A stretch of DNA of 62,520 nucleotides, the filler included, from Candidatus Methanoxibalbensis ujae (GTDB lineage Archaea; Halobacteriota; Syntropharchaeia; Alkanophagales; Methanospirareceae): the NCBI GenBank assembly GCA_026134085.1. It is 5 parts of 5 records of this genome, joined end to end, with 100 filler letters (N's around TTAATTAATTAA, not from the genome) between each part and the next. Parts side by side here need not be neighbours in the genome. Positions count along the whole stretch, not along the records: positions 1 to 14,359 come from JAOQIN010000043.1; positions 14,460 to 28,770 come from JAOQIN010000044.1; 3 more parts are not named here. One strand, 5' to 3'. Each line of letters opens with the position of its first letter. The stretch's first letter is position 1. Made by a program: the position numbers and the translations under genes. The notes under the pieces were generated by a model. The model was not told the origin of the DNA and ran no database searches. It worked only from the letters and a program-made list of their open reading frames with translations. Of this stretch, positions 10,414-23,400 are shown one piece after another.

Positions 10414-11423
10414 GCGTTGAAGTGAGGATTGCAGAGGGTGAAGAGCTGAACTGGAATTCATTGATAGCATCTTCTCCTTTTGGAACGATTTTCCACACAC
10501 TCGGATGGTTGAGAATTGCAGAGAAATACACGAAAAGCAAGTTATATCTTCTTATCGGCGTGAAAGGGGATAATATAGTGGGAGTTTTTCCTGTTTTTTA
10601 CATGAAAAAAGGGATGTTAAGGGCAATTCTGTCTCCTCCGCCGAGAACAGGAATACCCTATATGGGTCCTGTGCTCTCTGATTACGAAAGGTTGAAGCAG
10701 GAAAAGAGGGAATCCCTGCTCCATGACTTTGTGAGAGGTGTTGATTCGTTCATCCATGAGCATTTCAAACCTCATTACATTTATATCAGGATGCCTCCGG
10801 GATTGAATGACTGCAGACCTTTCAAATGGTCGGGATATCATGCGAACCCTGTGTATAGTTATCTGCTTGATATCTCAATCGGTTTATCGGATATAGAAGC
10901 GAGTTTTTCAATACAAGCACGGAGAAATATAAAGCAAGCAATGAAAAAAGAAGAATTAAAATTTGAAGAAGGTTCTGAAGAAGAGCTTGAGATTTTATAT
11001 GATATGCTATTTGAAAGATATAAGGAACAGGATAGAAAAATACCGATTTCAAAGGGTTATTTGATGGATTTATTCAATGAATATGCGCCTGAAAACATGA
11101 AAATTTTCGTCATACGAAATCAGAACGGTGAAATCGTGAGTGGAGGCGTGAAGTTATGCTATAAAGACAGGATAATGGATTGGATAGGACAGCCTAAGAC
11201 TGCGGTGCGCACTTCAAATGATTTTCTCCACTGGTGCGTGATCAGATGGGGCGTTGAGCACAATCTCAGATACTATGAAATTCTCGGTGCTAACACACCC
11301 ACAATATCAAAATTCAAGGCGAAGTTCAATCCTTCACTTGAATTATATTTTGAAATGAAAAAGATGTCATTGATTGGGGCGGTTGCGGAGAAGATATATA
11401 CGAAGATGAGAGACTTCATTTAA
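10410..11423 (+). CDS. FemAB-like GNAT family acyl/aminoacyl transferase
   Basis: GTIFHTLGWL, RRNIKQA and FKAKFNP. ATGA overlap with the upstream stop. Confidence 0.8.
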   Translation: MSVEVRIAEGEELNWNSLIASSPFGTIFHTLGWLRIAEKYTKSKLYLLIGVKGDNIVGVFPVFYMKKGMLRAILSPPPRTGIPYMGPVLSDYERLKQEKRESLLHDFVRGVDSFIHEHFKPHYIYIRMPPGLNDCRPFKWSGYHANPVYSYLLDISIGLSDIEASFSIQARRNIKQAMKKEELKFEEGSEEELEILYDMLFERYKEQDRKIPISKGYLMDLFNEYAPENMKIFVIRNQNGEIVSGGVKLCYKDRIMDWIGQPKTAVRTSNDFLHWCVIRWGVEHNLRYYEILGANTPTISKFKAKFNPSLELYFEMKKMSLIGAVAEKIYTKMRDFI

Positions 11424-11425
11424 AT

Positions 11426-12298
11426 ATGACTAAGGGATACATACTGGTCACAGCAGCTAAGAATGAGGGGAAGAATCTTCCAGAACTCATTCAATCAGTA
11501 GCGGAGCAGACGATAAAACCGCTGTTATGGGTCATCGTGGATGATGCGAGCACAGATAACACGCCTCAGATCCTTGAAGAGGCGAGCAGAAGGTATGAAT
11601 GGATAAAAACTATACGGTTGGAAGAAAGAAGCGAGAGAGACCTCGGTTTTCATCTTTCAAGGGTTGTTAAGATGGCTTTTGACTTCGCTGCTGATTACTG
11701 CAGGGAGAAAGGGATTGATTATGAATACATGGGGAATGTTGATGGCGATATAATCATAGAAAGGGAATTTTTTGAGAAGCTGATAAGAGAATTTGAGAAG
11801 GACTCAAAATTGGGAATAGCAGGTAGTGGAACTCAATACATCGTAAATGGTAAGATAATACAACCAAAGGGTGAAGAGGATGAACCTTCGGGCGGAGATA
11901 TGCTTATAAGGAGAGAATGTTTTGAAGATTGCTGTGGTATTCAAATAACATGGGGTTGGGACAGCACATTGAAGGCGAAGGCGAAGATAAGAGGTTGGAA
12001 AGTCAGGAGATTTGAGCATGTAAAAGCGATTGAAACGAGATTAGTTGGGGGCGTTGAAGGATATTGGGAAAGATACAAGCATATGGGAGAGGCGGCTTAT
12101 TATTTCAACTTTCACCCCGTTCATGTCGTTCTAAAGAGCATGAGGATGATACTGCGCAGCAATCCGCATTACAAGGGCATCGCATATATCGCAGGTTACT
12201 TTTCCTCTCTTTTGAGAAGAAGGGAAAAGATAGATGACGAGGAGATAAGAGCGTTCTTCTGGAACAAATGGAGGTATAAGATGAGAGGATGGAAATGA
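11426..12298 (+). CDS. GT2 family glycosyltransferase
   Basis: VTAAKNE, WVIVDDASTD and DGD. Confidence 0.88.
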   Translation: MTKGYILVTAAKNEGKNLPELIQSVAEQTIKPLLWVIVDDASTDNTPQILEEASRRYEWIKTIRLEERSERDLGFHLSRVVKMAFDFAADYCREKGIDYEYMGNVDGDIIIEREFFEKLIREFEKDSKLGIAGSGTQYIVNGKIIQPKGEEDEPSGGDMLIRRECFEDCCGIQITWGWDSTLKAKAKIRGWKVRRFEHVKAIETRLVGGVEGYWERYKHMGEAAYYFNFHPVHVVLKSMRMILRSNPHYKGIAYIAGYFSSLLRRREKIDDEEIRAFFWNKWRYKMRGWK

Positions 12299-12969
12299 TT
12301 ATCGCAATACACCAGCCAAACTATCTTCCTTATCTTGGATTTTTTGACAAGATGGCAAAATCGGATATATTTGTGATATATGATGATGCTCAGTTTAATA
12401 AGAGCGACTTTCAACACAGAAACCGCATACGAATATATCATGGCTGGAAATGGCTTACCGTTCCTGTGGAGAAGAAGCACATTCCTATAAACGAAGTGAA
12501 AATAAGGAACGAAGTCAAAACATGGAAAGGCGTGAAATGGTCGGATGCCCATTTTAAGGACATCCATGATAATTACAAAGATGCACCTTATTACAGTATA
12601 TATGCGGATGAGCTGATGAGAATATATAAAAGGAACTATGAAAAACTTGTTGATTTGAACATGGAACTGATAAGGTTTCTCATGAAAGCATTTGATATAG
12701 ATGTGGAAATAGTGTTTTCAAGCGAGTTGGGCTTCACATCAAAATCCACACAGCGATTGGTTGAAATAGTAGAGGCTTTGGGCGGAGATGTGTATCTTTC
12801 GGGACCGAAAGGTAAAGACTATCTGGATGTTTCGTTGTTCGAGAGGAAGGGCATAAAAATCGTATTTCAGGATTTCAAGCATCCCGTTTACAAACAGCGA
12901 TATGATGGTTTTGTGCCGAATATGGCGGCGATAGATGCGCTTTTCAATGTAGGGAAGATGCCGGAATGA
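12289..12969 (+). CDS. WbqC family protein (second copy)
   Basis: IHQPNYLPYLGFFDK, HRNRI and YLSGPKGKDY. Start at 12289 or 12295. Confidence 0.9.
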   Translation: MEMIIAIHQPNYLPYLGFFDKMAKSDIFVIYDDAQFNKSDFQHRNRIRIYHGWKWLTVPVEKKHIPINEVKIRNEVKTWKGVKWSDAHFKDIHDNYKDAPYYSIYADELMRIYKRNYEKLVDLNMELIRFLMKAFDIDVEIVFSSELGFTSKSTQRLVEIVEALGGDVYLSGPKGKDYLDVSLFERKGIKIVFQDFKHPVYKQRYDGFVPNMAAIDALFNVGKMPE

Positions 12970-13103
12970 AAAATTCCAATTCCAAATATTACCAAATTCC
13001 GACCTCAAGGGGGAGAAGGAATGAAAAACTCGAAATCCGGATACTACAAAATCCCTAATTCCAATATTCATAACTTCCAGCCTATTTTTTGGATACTCTT
13101 ATT

Positions 13104-13378
13104 ATGCCGAAATAACGCTTTCTATACCGGAAGATGTGTATAAGAAAATGAAGGAGTATGATGTGAAGTGAAACGAAGTCCTCAAAGATGCTATAATATC
13201 GTATATTCGGCGTTTAGAGAAGCATGTGCTGGAAGCTACAACCGAGGAATTGCTTGCGGAGCTCGGTGGGGATTTCATGAAGGAGTTGTCTGAAATAAGT
13301 TTTGAAGAGGCGATAAGTGCTTATGAGAAAATGCGGGAAAAGGAATGGAAAAGGCTATATACGATACAAGCAGTTTGA
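13104..13378 (+). pseudogene. Antitoxin (RHH/CopG-like VapB) pseudogene
   Basis: Reads (M)AEITLSIPEDVYKKMKEYDVK*NEVLKDAIISYIRRLE…; frameshift right after the ATG and TGA at 13169 where Trp is expected. Confidence 0.7.
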
Positions 13379-13659
13379 TAAATGCTTACAGACAAAGGAA
13401 ACGATCGACAGGATATACTACAATCAACATTGTGGATTTCCGAAAATACTTGATTTCAAACTTACAGTGCTATATCCTTCAAAGTCTGATTATAATCTTG
13501 CAATTGAACTTTCAACATGTTGAGAATCGGGAAACCGTTGCCCGCAATTGATATAATCGTGGCTGCAATGACATTGAACAGAAATATGAAACACATAACA
13601 TCGGATAAACATTTCGCAGTAATCTGAGCAGACAGGATTTCAAATTATATATTAAGTGA
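13345..13659 (+). pseudogene. PIN-domain (VapC) toxin pseudogene
   Basis: Fragments in three frames: MEKAIYDTSSLI… / PKILDFKLTVLYPSKSDYNLAIELS / LRIGKPLPAIDIIVAAMTLNRNMKHITSDKHF. Confidence 0.8.
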
Positions 13660-13689
13660 AAGAAATTAGCGAAGAATCGGCGAGAGGAT

Positions 13690-14359
13690 GTGAGGAAGTT
13701 GAAGAATAAATGCATTGAAGAGAAGCGGAGACCAAGAAATGTTCTTGCGGTGGGAGCGCATGCGGATGATGTGGAGATAGGGTGCGGCGGCACAATCGCT
13801 TTACATGCTATAAGAGGTGATAATGTCACCATCTTAATAATGGCGGAATCTTCTTATACTTCCTATGACGGAAAGGTTTTAAGGACAAAAGAAGAGGCTG
13901 AAATAGAGGTAGAAAATGCTGCAAAAGTGCTGGGTGTTAGAAACGTAATTAATCTAGGATTTAAAAATAAAGAGGTGCCCTACTCCGTTGAGTCTATAGA
14001 AGCAATTAACGAGGTCATAGATAAATACAACATAGATATAATATACACACACTGGTATCATGACACGCATCAAGACCATAAGAGAACAACGCAATCGGTG
14101 CTCGCTGCCGGCAGATATGTGAGGAACATACTGATGTATGAACCTGAATATCCTGCAGGACGCTCATATTTAGGGTTCAGAAATCAGTATTATGTTGACA
14201 TCACGCCGACATTTCACATAAAAATGGAAGCTCTTAAGCAGCATAAAAGCCAGGTGAAGAAGTATGGAAAGGATTTTCTTGAGGCGGTGGAGGCGAGAGC
14301 ACGACACAGAGGTTATGAAATCGGAAGCAGATATGCGGAGTGCTTTGAGATAGTGAGAT
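13690..14359 (+). CDS. PIG-L/LmbE family deacetylase (second copy), 3'-truncated at contig end
   Basis: GAHADDVEIGCGGT, DTHQDH and HKSQ. Confidence 0.88.
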
Positions 14360-14459
14360 NNNNNNNNNNNNNNNNNNNNNNNNNNNNNNNNNNNNNNNNN
14401 NNNTTAATTAATTAANNNNNNNNNNNNNNNNNNNNNNNNNNNNNNNNNNNNNNNNNNNN
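14360..14459. other. Artificial contig linker
   Basis: N-run + TTAATTAATTAA (stops in all six frames) + N-run, 100 nt. Confidence 0.97.
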
Positions 14460-14461
14460 AC

Positions 14462-17400
14462 GATTTATTGGATAAAGCGACTGTTGCTTTCAGTAAAGGT
14501 AACGAAACAAAGCATGTGGAATTCGATTTGACAGTTGATAAAGCAGGAAATCACTCACTTGAGGTTTGTGTTGACTGCAATGATACAGTAAAGGAGTTCA
14601 ATGAAACGAATAATTGCAGGAGTATAAATATATGTGTGCATAAAGGGAACGACTTTGCCGTCACAAATATAACATTCAAACCATCTGAGCCTCTAATAGG
14701 AGACATTATTGAAATAAATGCGACAATAGCGAACTTCGGAAATAGAGAAGGAGGCACTATCATAGAGTTTTATGATAATAAGAGCATAGAACTCAGAAGA
14801 ACAAGAGATGATTATTCCGGCGGAAGAATAATCAACGATATCATTATGATTCCTGAAGCTTTAAAAATAAGGGTTCATTTCTCGTATATCGCAGCAGACT
14901 CCTACATTAAGATTTATGAAAGAGATAATCCGATTCCAATTGCGATATATAATACTTGGTCTGATATAAGTGATAATTGGACAAAATGGTGCGATGGCGA
15001 TACAATACGCATAGAATCGCACTCTGGAGAATTCACAGTTGACAGATATGAGGCGATGCTTGCAAATGAGACTGTATATTTGAGTGCAGGAAATTCAACA
15101 AATATTTCTTCTGTCTTGAATCTGACATCGCAAGAATTCGGCTGGGTAATAAATGGAACACATAATATAACAGTAAAAGTTGACCCTTATAATCAAGTAG
15201 ATGAGTTAAATGAGGCGAATAATGCAAAAACAGTGCAGATAGATGTGAATCCTTCTCTTGATTTCGCAGTAACTAATATCTATTTCGGACCAGAAGAGCC
15301 CGTTCTTAACGACAACATTGAAATAAAAGCAAACATAACTAACTTCGGTAATAGAAGCGGGAAAACTTTCGTGGAAGTTTATTATGATAACAGAACCATA
15401 GGACTTGAAAGAGAAATAAGCGGTGAAGGTAATTCCACAGATGTTATTTCACTCCCGCCGGGCGTTACCGGTGCAAGACTTCATTTCAAGCGTGTTCAGG
15501 TAGGCTCTTACGGCTATATTCGTATATATGACGAAAATGGGAATTTAGTTGAGAATATCAAAGAAAAAGGCTGGACTGACTACATATACAGCAAAAATAT
15601 TACAATAAATGCGGAATGCTGGCTTAATACAGAGTCCATTGCATTCAAAATTGATAAATACGAAGCATTGATTGCAAATGAGTCTGTGATATTAAATGCA
15701 TCGGAATCGAAAAATGTCACCGCATCGTGGAACGCGACCACACTTTACGGAGGTGCAGGTCCTCATAATATAACCGTCCGCATTGACCCGCATGATGTAT
15801 TCGCTGAGAAAAACGAAATGAACAACATATTAATCAAGCGAATATTCGTTAATGGCACAGATTTGGCGGTTACAAACATAGACATTCCGCATGAAAACCT
15901 TTTTGCTGGACTGAATGTGAATATTACCGCAACAATAGCCAATCTTGGTGCGATTGATGCGCACAATTTCTCCGTATTCTTCAGGTATAGAGATCAAAGA
16001 AACAACAGTTACGTTGTTTTCAACACCACAAACATATATTATCTGCCAGCTGGCAACTCAACAAATATCACGGTGTCATGGAAACCGCCAGAAAGAGGTT
16101 TTTATACGATAAACGTGAGTGTTACTTTTGTTCCTCTTGTCGACAATGATGAAACGAACAATATGAAGTCCGAAAATATCACTGATCAGGTATACCCGGG
16201 TTGGGACTTCTCAATTGAGAATGTCAGTGTTTATCCTGAAAAAGTGCGAGAAGGTGAAAATGTGACAATAGTAGCAACAGTAGGCAATCCTGGGCTCGTA
16301 AGTGAGAATGTAAGCGTTGGATTCTTCGTGAACTACACAGATTTCGCCGCTGGAGATGAACGATTTGAGCGGATTGGCACTGTTAATGTGTTCGTCCCCG
16401 TTAACAAAACAACTAATATCTCGTTCAACTGGACTGCAAACGTTCATGGCGGCGACCATCTGATAGTGGCTGTGGTGGACCCTGATGACGAATTTGACGA
16501 ATCAAAATATGAGAAGGATAGCGACACGATGAAGGATAGCGATACGATGACAAGCGAAGGTGGTTCCATTTATTTCAGGGGTGAATTTGTCAGAAATAAT
16601 GTGAGGAATACCACATTACATATAATTCCACCTGATTTGAACATATTAAACCTCTCTATAAACCCATCAGCACCAAATATCGGAGACACCGTGAATATAA
16701 CTGTGGAAATAAGAAACAACGGGAACACGACAGCGAACAGCACTGTTTGGTTCTATGTGAAAAGAGATGTATCCGTTCATGGTGAAACAGGATTCACATG
16801 GTCGCTGTGGCGACCAGAAAATGCCAAGATGAGGGTCCATTTTGATTTCATAAATATAACTTTTAAAGAAGGTAAAGGGGTTGTAAATGCGTATAATGAG
16901 AACAAAGAACCTGTGTGCTTTTATGTCACAGAAGGAAAAGGAGCAAATGCGCAAGCAGTAAAAGTGTTCAATATAAAATCTTCATCTACCAATGAATCTA
17001 CACCAGGCTATAGCTCCTGCTGGCACATAACATGCCTCAAGAACGAAGAATGTAAATGTTGGAGATGGCATTGGTCAATTTGTAATTGCACAAATGACAG
17101 TCTTGTTGATCAAAAGCGCTGGCAAAATATCTGGACTGATTGGTGCGATGACAAAAAACTTGAAGTAAATGCAAAAGGCCATGATTACAACACACAGAAT
17201 TGTAAGAATCTTCTAGGTGTGGAGTTTCTGATAGATGAATACCAGTTCCTTCTTGGTAATAAGACCGTGACGCTGAAACCTGGCGAATCAAAGCTATGCA
17301 ATTTCTCCTGGAACATCAATTTCCCTTTGGAAGCGAAAGCAGCAGGTAAGAATTACACATTCATGGCATTCGTGGAAAATGAACATGTAGAAAAAGAGAC

Positions 17401-20400
17401 GCATATAGGTGGAACTGACCTTGGAGTTGTGAACATTTCCATAGAACCTTTTGTTGGGAGAGTGGAGGATGGAATAATTGTTTGGGACAGCAACATCGTG
17501 CGTATAAACGCAACAATAAAAAATTTTGGCTCCATGAATGCATCTGACTTCAACGTATCCTTCTACGAGTCTGCTTCATCTTGTAAATTGCTTGGAACCA
17601 AACATATTGAAGAACTTCCAGTCGGTAATTCCATAACTATTTCGTTTACGTGGAATGCAAGCATTCGGTATACGGAAAAGAAAATAAACACCTATGAAAT
17701 AAATATAACAATTGACTCAAATAAAAATCATGAGGAAGATTATAAGAACAATACCTTTTCACAGAATGTGAATGTGCGTGAATCTCGTGATTTCTTCGTG
17801 TCAAATCTTTCCTTTTCAGTAAATAATGAAACAATCAGACCCGATTCTTCAGGTAAAATATGGTTAAACCTTTATGATAACGTGACTTTGAATGCCATCA
17901 TTAACATAACAAACTATGCGAATCAGGGAGGCACTGTGAATGTCAGCTTCTATCTTGATGACAAAGAACATGAGATAGGTAGCAGAACTGTTATTTTCGG
18001 TCCCGGTTATGGAAATAGGACGATATATACGGAAACAAGATGTGTGAACATTTCGTGGAAGCCAGAAGTCATAGGCGAGCATAACATAACTGTGGTTGTG
18101 GATTCGCTGGAGAAAATATACGAAATAAACGAAAGCAACAACACATACACACAGCCCATTCATATCCGTGCGTCAGACCTTGTGGTAGAAAACCTGAATG
18201 TCAATCCGAAAATTCTCAATCGGTGTGAGAATGCTTACATCAATGTCACGATTGCGAACCGTGGAAAGTTGAACGAGAGCAATGTCACCCTTGTCATTTA
18301 CGACTGCGCGCGGCGACATGTAGAAGATTTATCATTAAATGAAAGATATTGTGGGTTCTCTACGATAGCAGTAGAGCGTGAGAATGCGACTGCAATGCGA
18401 CTGTATCTTGACCTCGCAATAGAAGGAGGGGAAGTTTGCATTTATGATAGTAAGGGCAGAGAGGTAGAATGCTATGATCACAGTTTCCACGGCTGGACGC
18501 CCTGGATATTGGGAAATAAAAGTGTGGTGAAGACGATAAAAGAGAATGTTTATGCGAAGGTCAGCAAGGTTTATTACTTAGAAGAAAGCAGTGAAATTTT
18601 CATGGCTTCTATCCCAAAACTCAATATTAACGAGACAGTGAATATTTCCGCCAACTGGACGGCATCCTCATGTGGAGAACGGTTCATCATAGCAATTATT
18701 GACCCTGAAAATTCCGTTCCGGAATACAACGAATCAAATAATAACTTGGCACAGTTTATAACTGTGCAAACTGCCGACCTTAAAGTTTGCAATATCTCCT
18801 TCAGATGGCTCAACGGCTCACAAATAAGCGAGAAAGAAACAATAAAACACGGCGATAATCTCACAATAACCGCAAATGTAACAAATATAGGTGTAGAAAA
18901 TGCCAGTGAGTTCTATATACGATTCCTCGTTGATGATATGCCTATCAAAAACGAGACAATACAGGGTTTGGCAAAAGGGTCAATAATATCGGTAAATGCC
19001 AACTGGACTGCGATTGTCGGCGAGCATGTGATAAAGGTGGAAGCTGATTACGGGGATAGAATAGATGAGACCAACAAAACAAACAATATAGAAGCGAAGG
19101 AAATATATGTTTCCGGTGCTGAAGTTACCGGAAGCACATCTTGGGAAACCTTAGGACTTCATGGTGATATATTGTTTGAACCCACGCAGCCTTATGACGA
19201 GGATACCGTGAACATCACCGTGAACATCACCAATATTGGATGTTTGAACGCAACAGATTTCAATGTGCTTCTGTTCTATGATTATTCGCCAGACCATTGG
19301 GAAACCTATCCCGGTCATTCAACTGATGGTTGGGTTTGGGTGAATAAGACATATCCCGGCGCTAATCTGGTATATCTCCGTATAATAGACCGTGCCAAGA
19401 AGGAATATATTCGTACGCCGTATGGAGATGAAATTTGGCGATGGAACCCTCTTGATCCCGATGATGTGGAAGTGTATGATGCGGAGGGCAATGCTGTATT
19501 AAATATATCAAATTTCAATGATGTATGTAATTGGGCTCAGATGTTGGATTACAAGGAATGCTGGATTCCAGTGCAAGGTGATACGGCAAATGTTAAAGTT
19601 TATGGCGGATTATGGGAAGACTTTATCATTTTCTTCTATCCTGTCCATCAGAATGGCATCTCGATGTTATATGAAGGGATTAATGTGCCCATAAATAGTT
19701 CGGTAAATCTCACTCCTCCGATGCAAACAGAGGTCAGAGCAGGCGATTTCAAGGTCATCGCGGTAATAGACCCTGAGAATAAAGTGCCTGAAGATGACAA
19801 AGCTGACAATATCATATCACGAACAATACATGTGAAACCCACAAGGGACTTCACGGTATTAAATGTAACTGCGGATAATGTGCTATCAGACACGGATACC
19901 ACGAACATAACCGCAGAGGTGGCAAACCTTGGACTGCGGAACGGAACTGCGGAGGTGAGCTTTGTGGATTACGAAACTGAAAATTGCACATACAGATATC
20001 ATTTCAATAAACGCCTCCCACATTCTTATTTGCCGATACCTCCTGATGCATGCTATCTCGGACCTGAAACCCCTCATTGGATACATTTTACGAATCTGAC
20101 GATTATTCATCGCCCGGGTGTGGATGCAATACAACTCCATTTCAATCAGATAAATCTTCTCAAAGATGATAATGCAATAGGTGCAATAGGGATTTATAAT
20201 GGAACAGGTAATAGGATATGGTATAGAGAGTATGATAAATATCATTGTCACTGGGAAAATTATAATATCACGGTGCCGGGGGATACCGTTTACATTTATA
20301 ATAATAGCCTTGCGACGTTCTCGCTCAGCGGATATGAGACAAAAAAAGTAATTTACAAAGAGAATGTGCATTTGAACGCAACAAAAACATGGAACGAAAC

Positions 20401-23400
20401 GAAGAACATCACCACAAAATGGCTCGCAACCACTGGGAATCATTTTATTAACGTTACTGTGTGGAACGAAACGATAAAAGAGATAAACGAGTCAAACAAT
20501 TCTTTTGTTCTCCATTTGAATGTGAATGCTTCACGAGACCCTACGATTGAAAACATCACATTTAATCCTCTGCATCCAAAAGACGGAGATGATGTGACAA
20601 TTACCGCAATAGTGAGGAATAACGGCACGAAAACTGCAACTTTCATGGTTGATTTGTGGCTTAACCTCACGAGGAACTCATCAATTGCTCCAGTTCCTGA
20701 TGCTGACTGGGCAATTCATCATAAAAAAGGAAACAGAACATCTTATATAATACATTTAAAACGCGAGAATGTCACGCTGGGTCCGGGCAAGAACGGGAGT
20801 GTGAGTGCAGTATGGCATAACATAAGCATTGAAGGCGACCCCAATTATGAGGTGATAGCGATTGTTGACCCTCTTGATTGTATAGATGAGATAAACAACA
20901 GTCAGAGCGACAACGATATGCGTAAAGAAATAAAGATGAACTATCCGGACCTTACAGCGACAAAATTCATTTCGCCTTCAAGAGAAGATAGGAACGCTTC
21001 GGTTGTTATCGCAAATACGGGTGTAAAGAATGCATCAAATGTCACTGTGAGGTTTGAGGTGAGTGAGTATCAAGAAACAGAAATAACAGGGAGCAAAACG
21101 GGCATGCGATGCATAAAAAAAGAAGGCGCAAAGAATATACGTGTTCATTTCAAGTGGCTTGATGCAAGTGACAAAGGTCGCCTTGAGATAAGAAAGAACA
21201 AGACGGATGATGTGCCTGTGAAGGTATATTATGATGAAGAGTTTTGTGGATGGTCTCCATGGATTGACGGAGACAGAATTTGGCTCGTTTACTCACTCTC
21301 AGGTAGAAGAAGCTTCAAAATAGATGCGATAGAGTGGGGCGAAATTATTGAGGAAAATATAAATACGATAGAAGCGGGTGAAAGTGTTAAAATACGCATT
21401 CCTCCGAGGTGGGGAGACCCCGAAAATTACACACAACCCCGCAGACTGAAAGTAATTGTTGACCCTTATAATAACATAACTGAATTGAGAGAGGATAATA
21501 ACAGCAGGACTGGGACGATATATATTGATCTCATGTTAGTGGAGTACAAGAAAAAAGTAGGGAGAAAAGAGGAAGAAGGAAAAATACACTTTGTCTCGCC
21601 AAGTAAAGACTTCCTGTGTGTGCTCGCAGAGGAGTTTGAGATCAGTGCTAAGATCAAGAACAATAATGAGATAGAAGGCATAGTGTTCCCGGTAAGTGAT
21701 TTCAATATTACGCTTGAGGTAAGGGATGATAATGGCACTGTTGTTTTCAGGAAATCGAAGAACTATCAGGATTTTTCGCCGAAGAATAAAACGCTATATG
21801 CAGGAGAAGAAGAGGAGATAACATTTATTGAGAAATCTATTTTTGGAAAACCATTTTCTGAAGATTATAAGTATTTCAATGTTTCGATAATCGTGGATTC
21901 TGAGAACGACATAAATGAGGCAAATGAATTTTATGGAGGCGGTGAAGGGAATAATATGGCACAGGAAACTCCAAATGTTTGGTCTGGTAGTGGATATATG
22001 GGTGGCGATTTATACGAAATTACTCCTTTGGATAATAAAATTTATGGTGATATATTGTTTTCAATTGGAAATAGTGCATATAGAGAGGGCAATATTAAGT
22101 TCAGTGATATTCAAATTCCGAATAGCGTGAATATAAAACTGGCTCGACTTTATCTTTACTGGGTTTGGTCAAAAGATGAATTCCCGAATGTGGATATGAA
22201 GTTCAATGATGTGGATTTATCGCCTGATGAAAGATATTCTCAGCGACCTAAGGCCAGCGCGCATGATCACTGGTATGGAACGTATGCATATGATGTAACA
22301 GATATTGTTAATGACGCTGCTGGACAGGGAGATAGCTACGAGGCAACCGCAACGATAGATGAAGGATATTTATCAGGTATGCTTCTTCTGGTTGTGTATG
22401 AGGACGACTCCAAGCCACTTATTAAATATTGGATAAATGAGGGTGCGGAGTTGATGATGGCTAAAAATAAGGAGTGGCCAACTGGTCTTGGGTTTGATCA
22501 GTGCATTGCGAAAGCTTCTTTTGTGGGTGATGTGGATATAAGTAAGGTGAGTAAAGCGGAATTGTTGACAGTTATACCTTCATGGAAAGTAGAAGACTTA
22601 AGTGATGATGTAACGATAGGAGACGCACTCATGTTTAACGGTTGGAATGTAGGCACACCTAGAGGTAAAAGCTATTGGAAATATGAAGGAGAAGACTGTA
22701 TGGCACTTACCGCAAATCATTGGGAGGACGTTACTAATTATTTAGAATCAACAAATAACAAAGCGGAGATACAGAGCAAAGGTAATTTCATGATGGCAAC
22801 GAATGCGGTTTTAAAGGTCACATACCTGCCTGACCTGACAGTTTCATTTGAAAGCGCTCCTTCATCTGTGAAAGCAGGCACAACCCAAACAATAAAAGTG
22901 AGAGTGAGTAACCTGGGAGAGAGCAAAGCAGAGAACTTTGTCGTGAGATTGAATGCAAGCAAAGGAACGCCTTCTGAGCAAACAATAGAACTGCTGAACG
23001 GGACATACGAAGGAAATAACACCGTTACGGTGGATTTCAAGTGGACTGCTCCGAAATTAGCGATGCCATCATCAGGATACATACAAAGAGTGGAGGAAAA
23101 TGTGAATATATCTGTTGAAGTTGACCCCTCCAATAAGATTGAGGAGCTGAATGAGAACAATAATGCGGATGATGTAACTGTGACGGTGTGGGATGTCCTC
23201 ACGAGGAATCCTGAGTTGAGACCGCCGGGGGGCAGAGGAGCAGGAGGAGGCACTGGCACAGGCTTCGGAACTGGAAACAGATCTGGTAGGGAAGCAGTTG
23301 CATTCGGCGGCGCCCCTGCTGAATCGGAAGAGGCGGGAAAAGGTAAGGAGGTAAAGGTGAAAAAAGAGAGAGCTCATGAAACACTCTGGGGCTATCTTTT

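Noticed and set aside
14404..14415. TTAATTAATTAA palindrome repeated four times in the window
   Set aside because: Assembly linker inside N-runs, not biological
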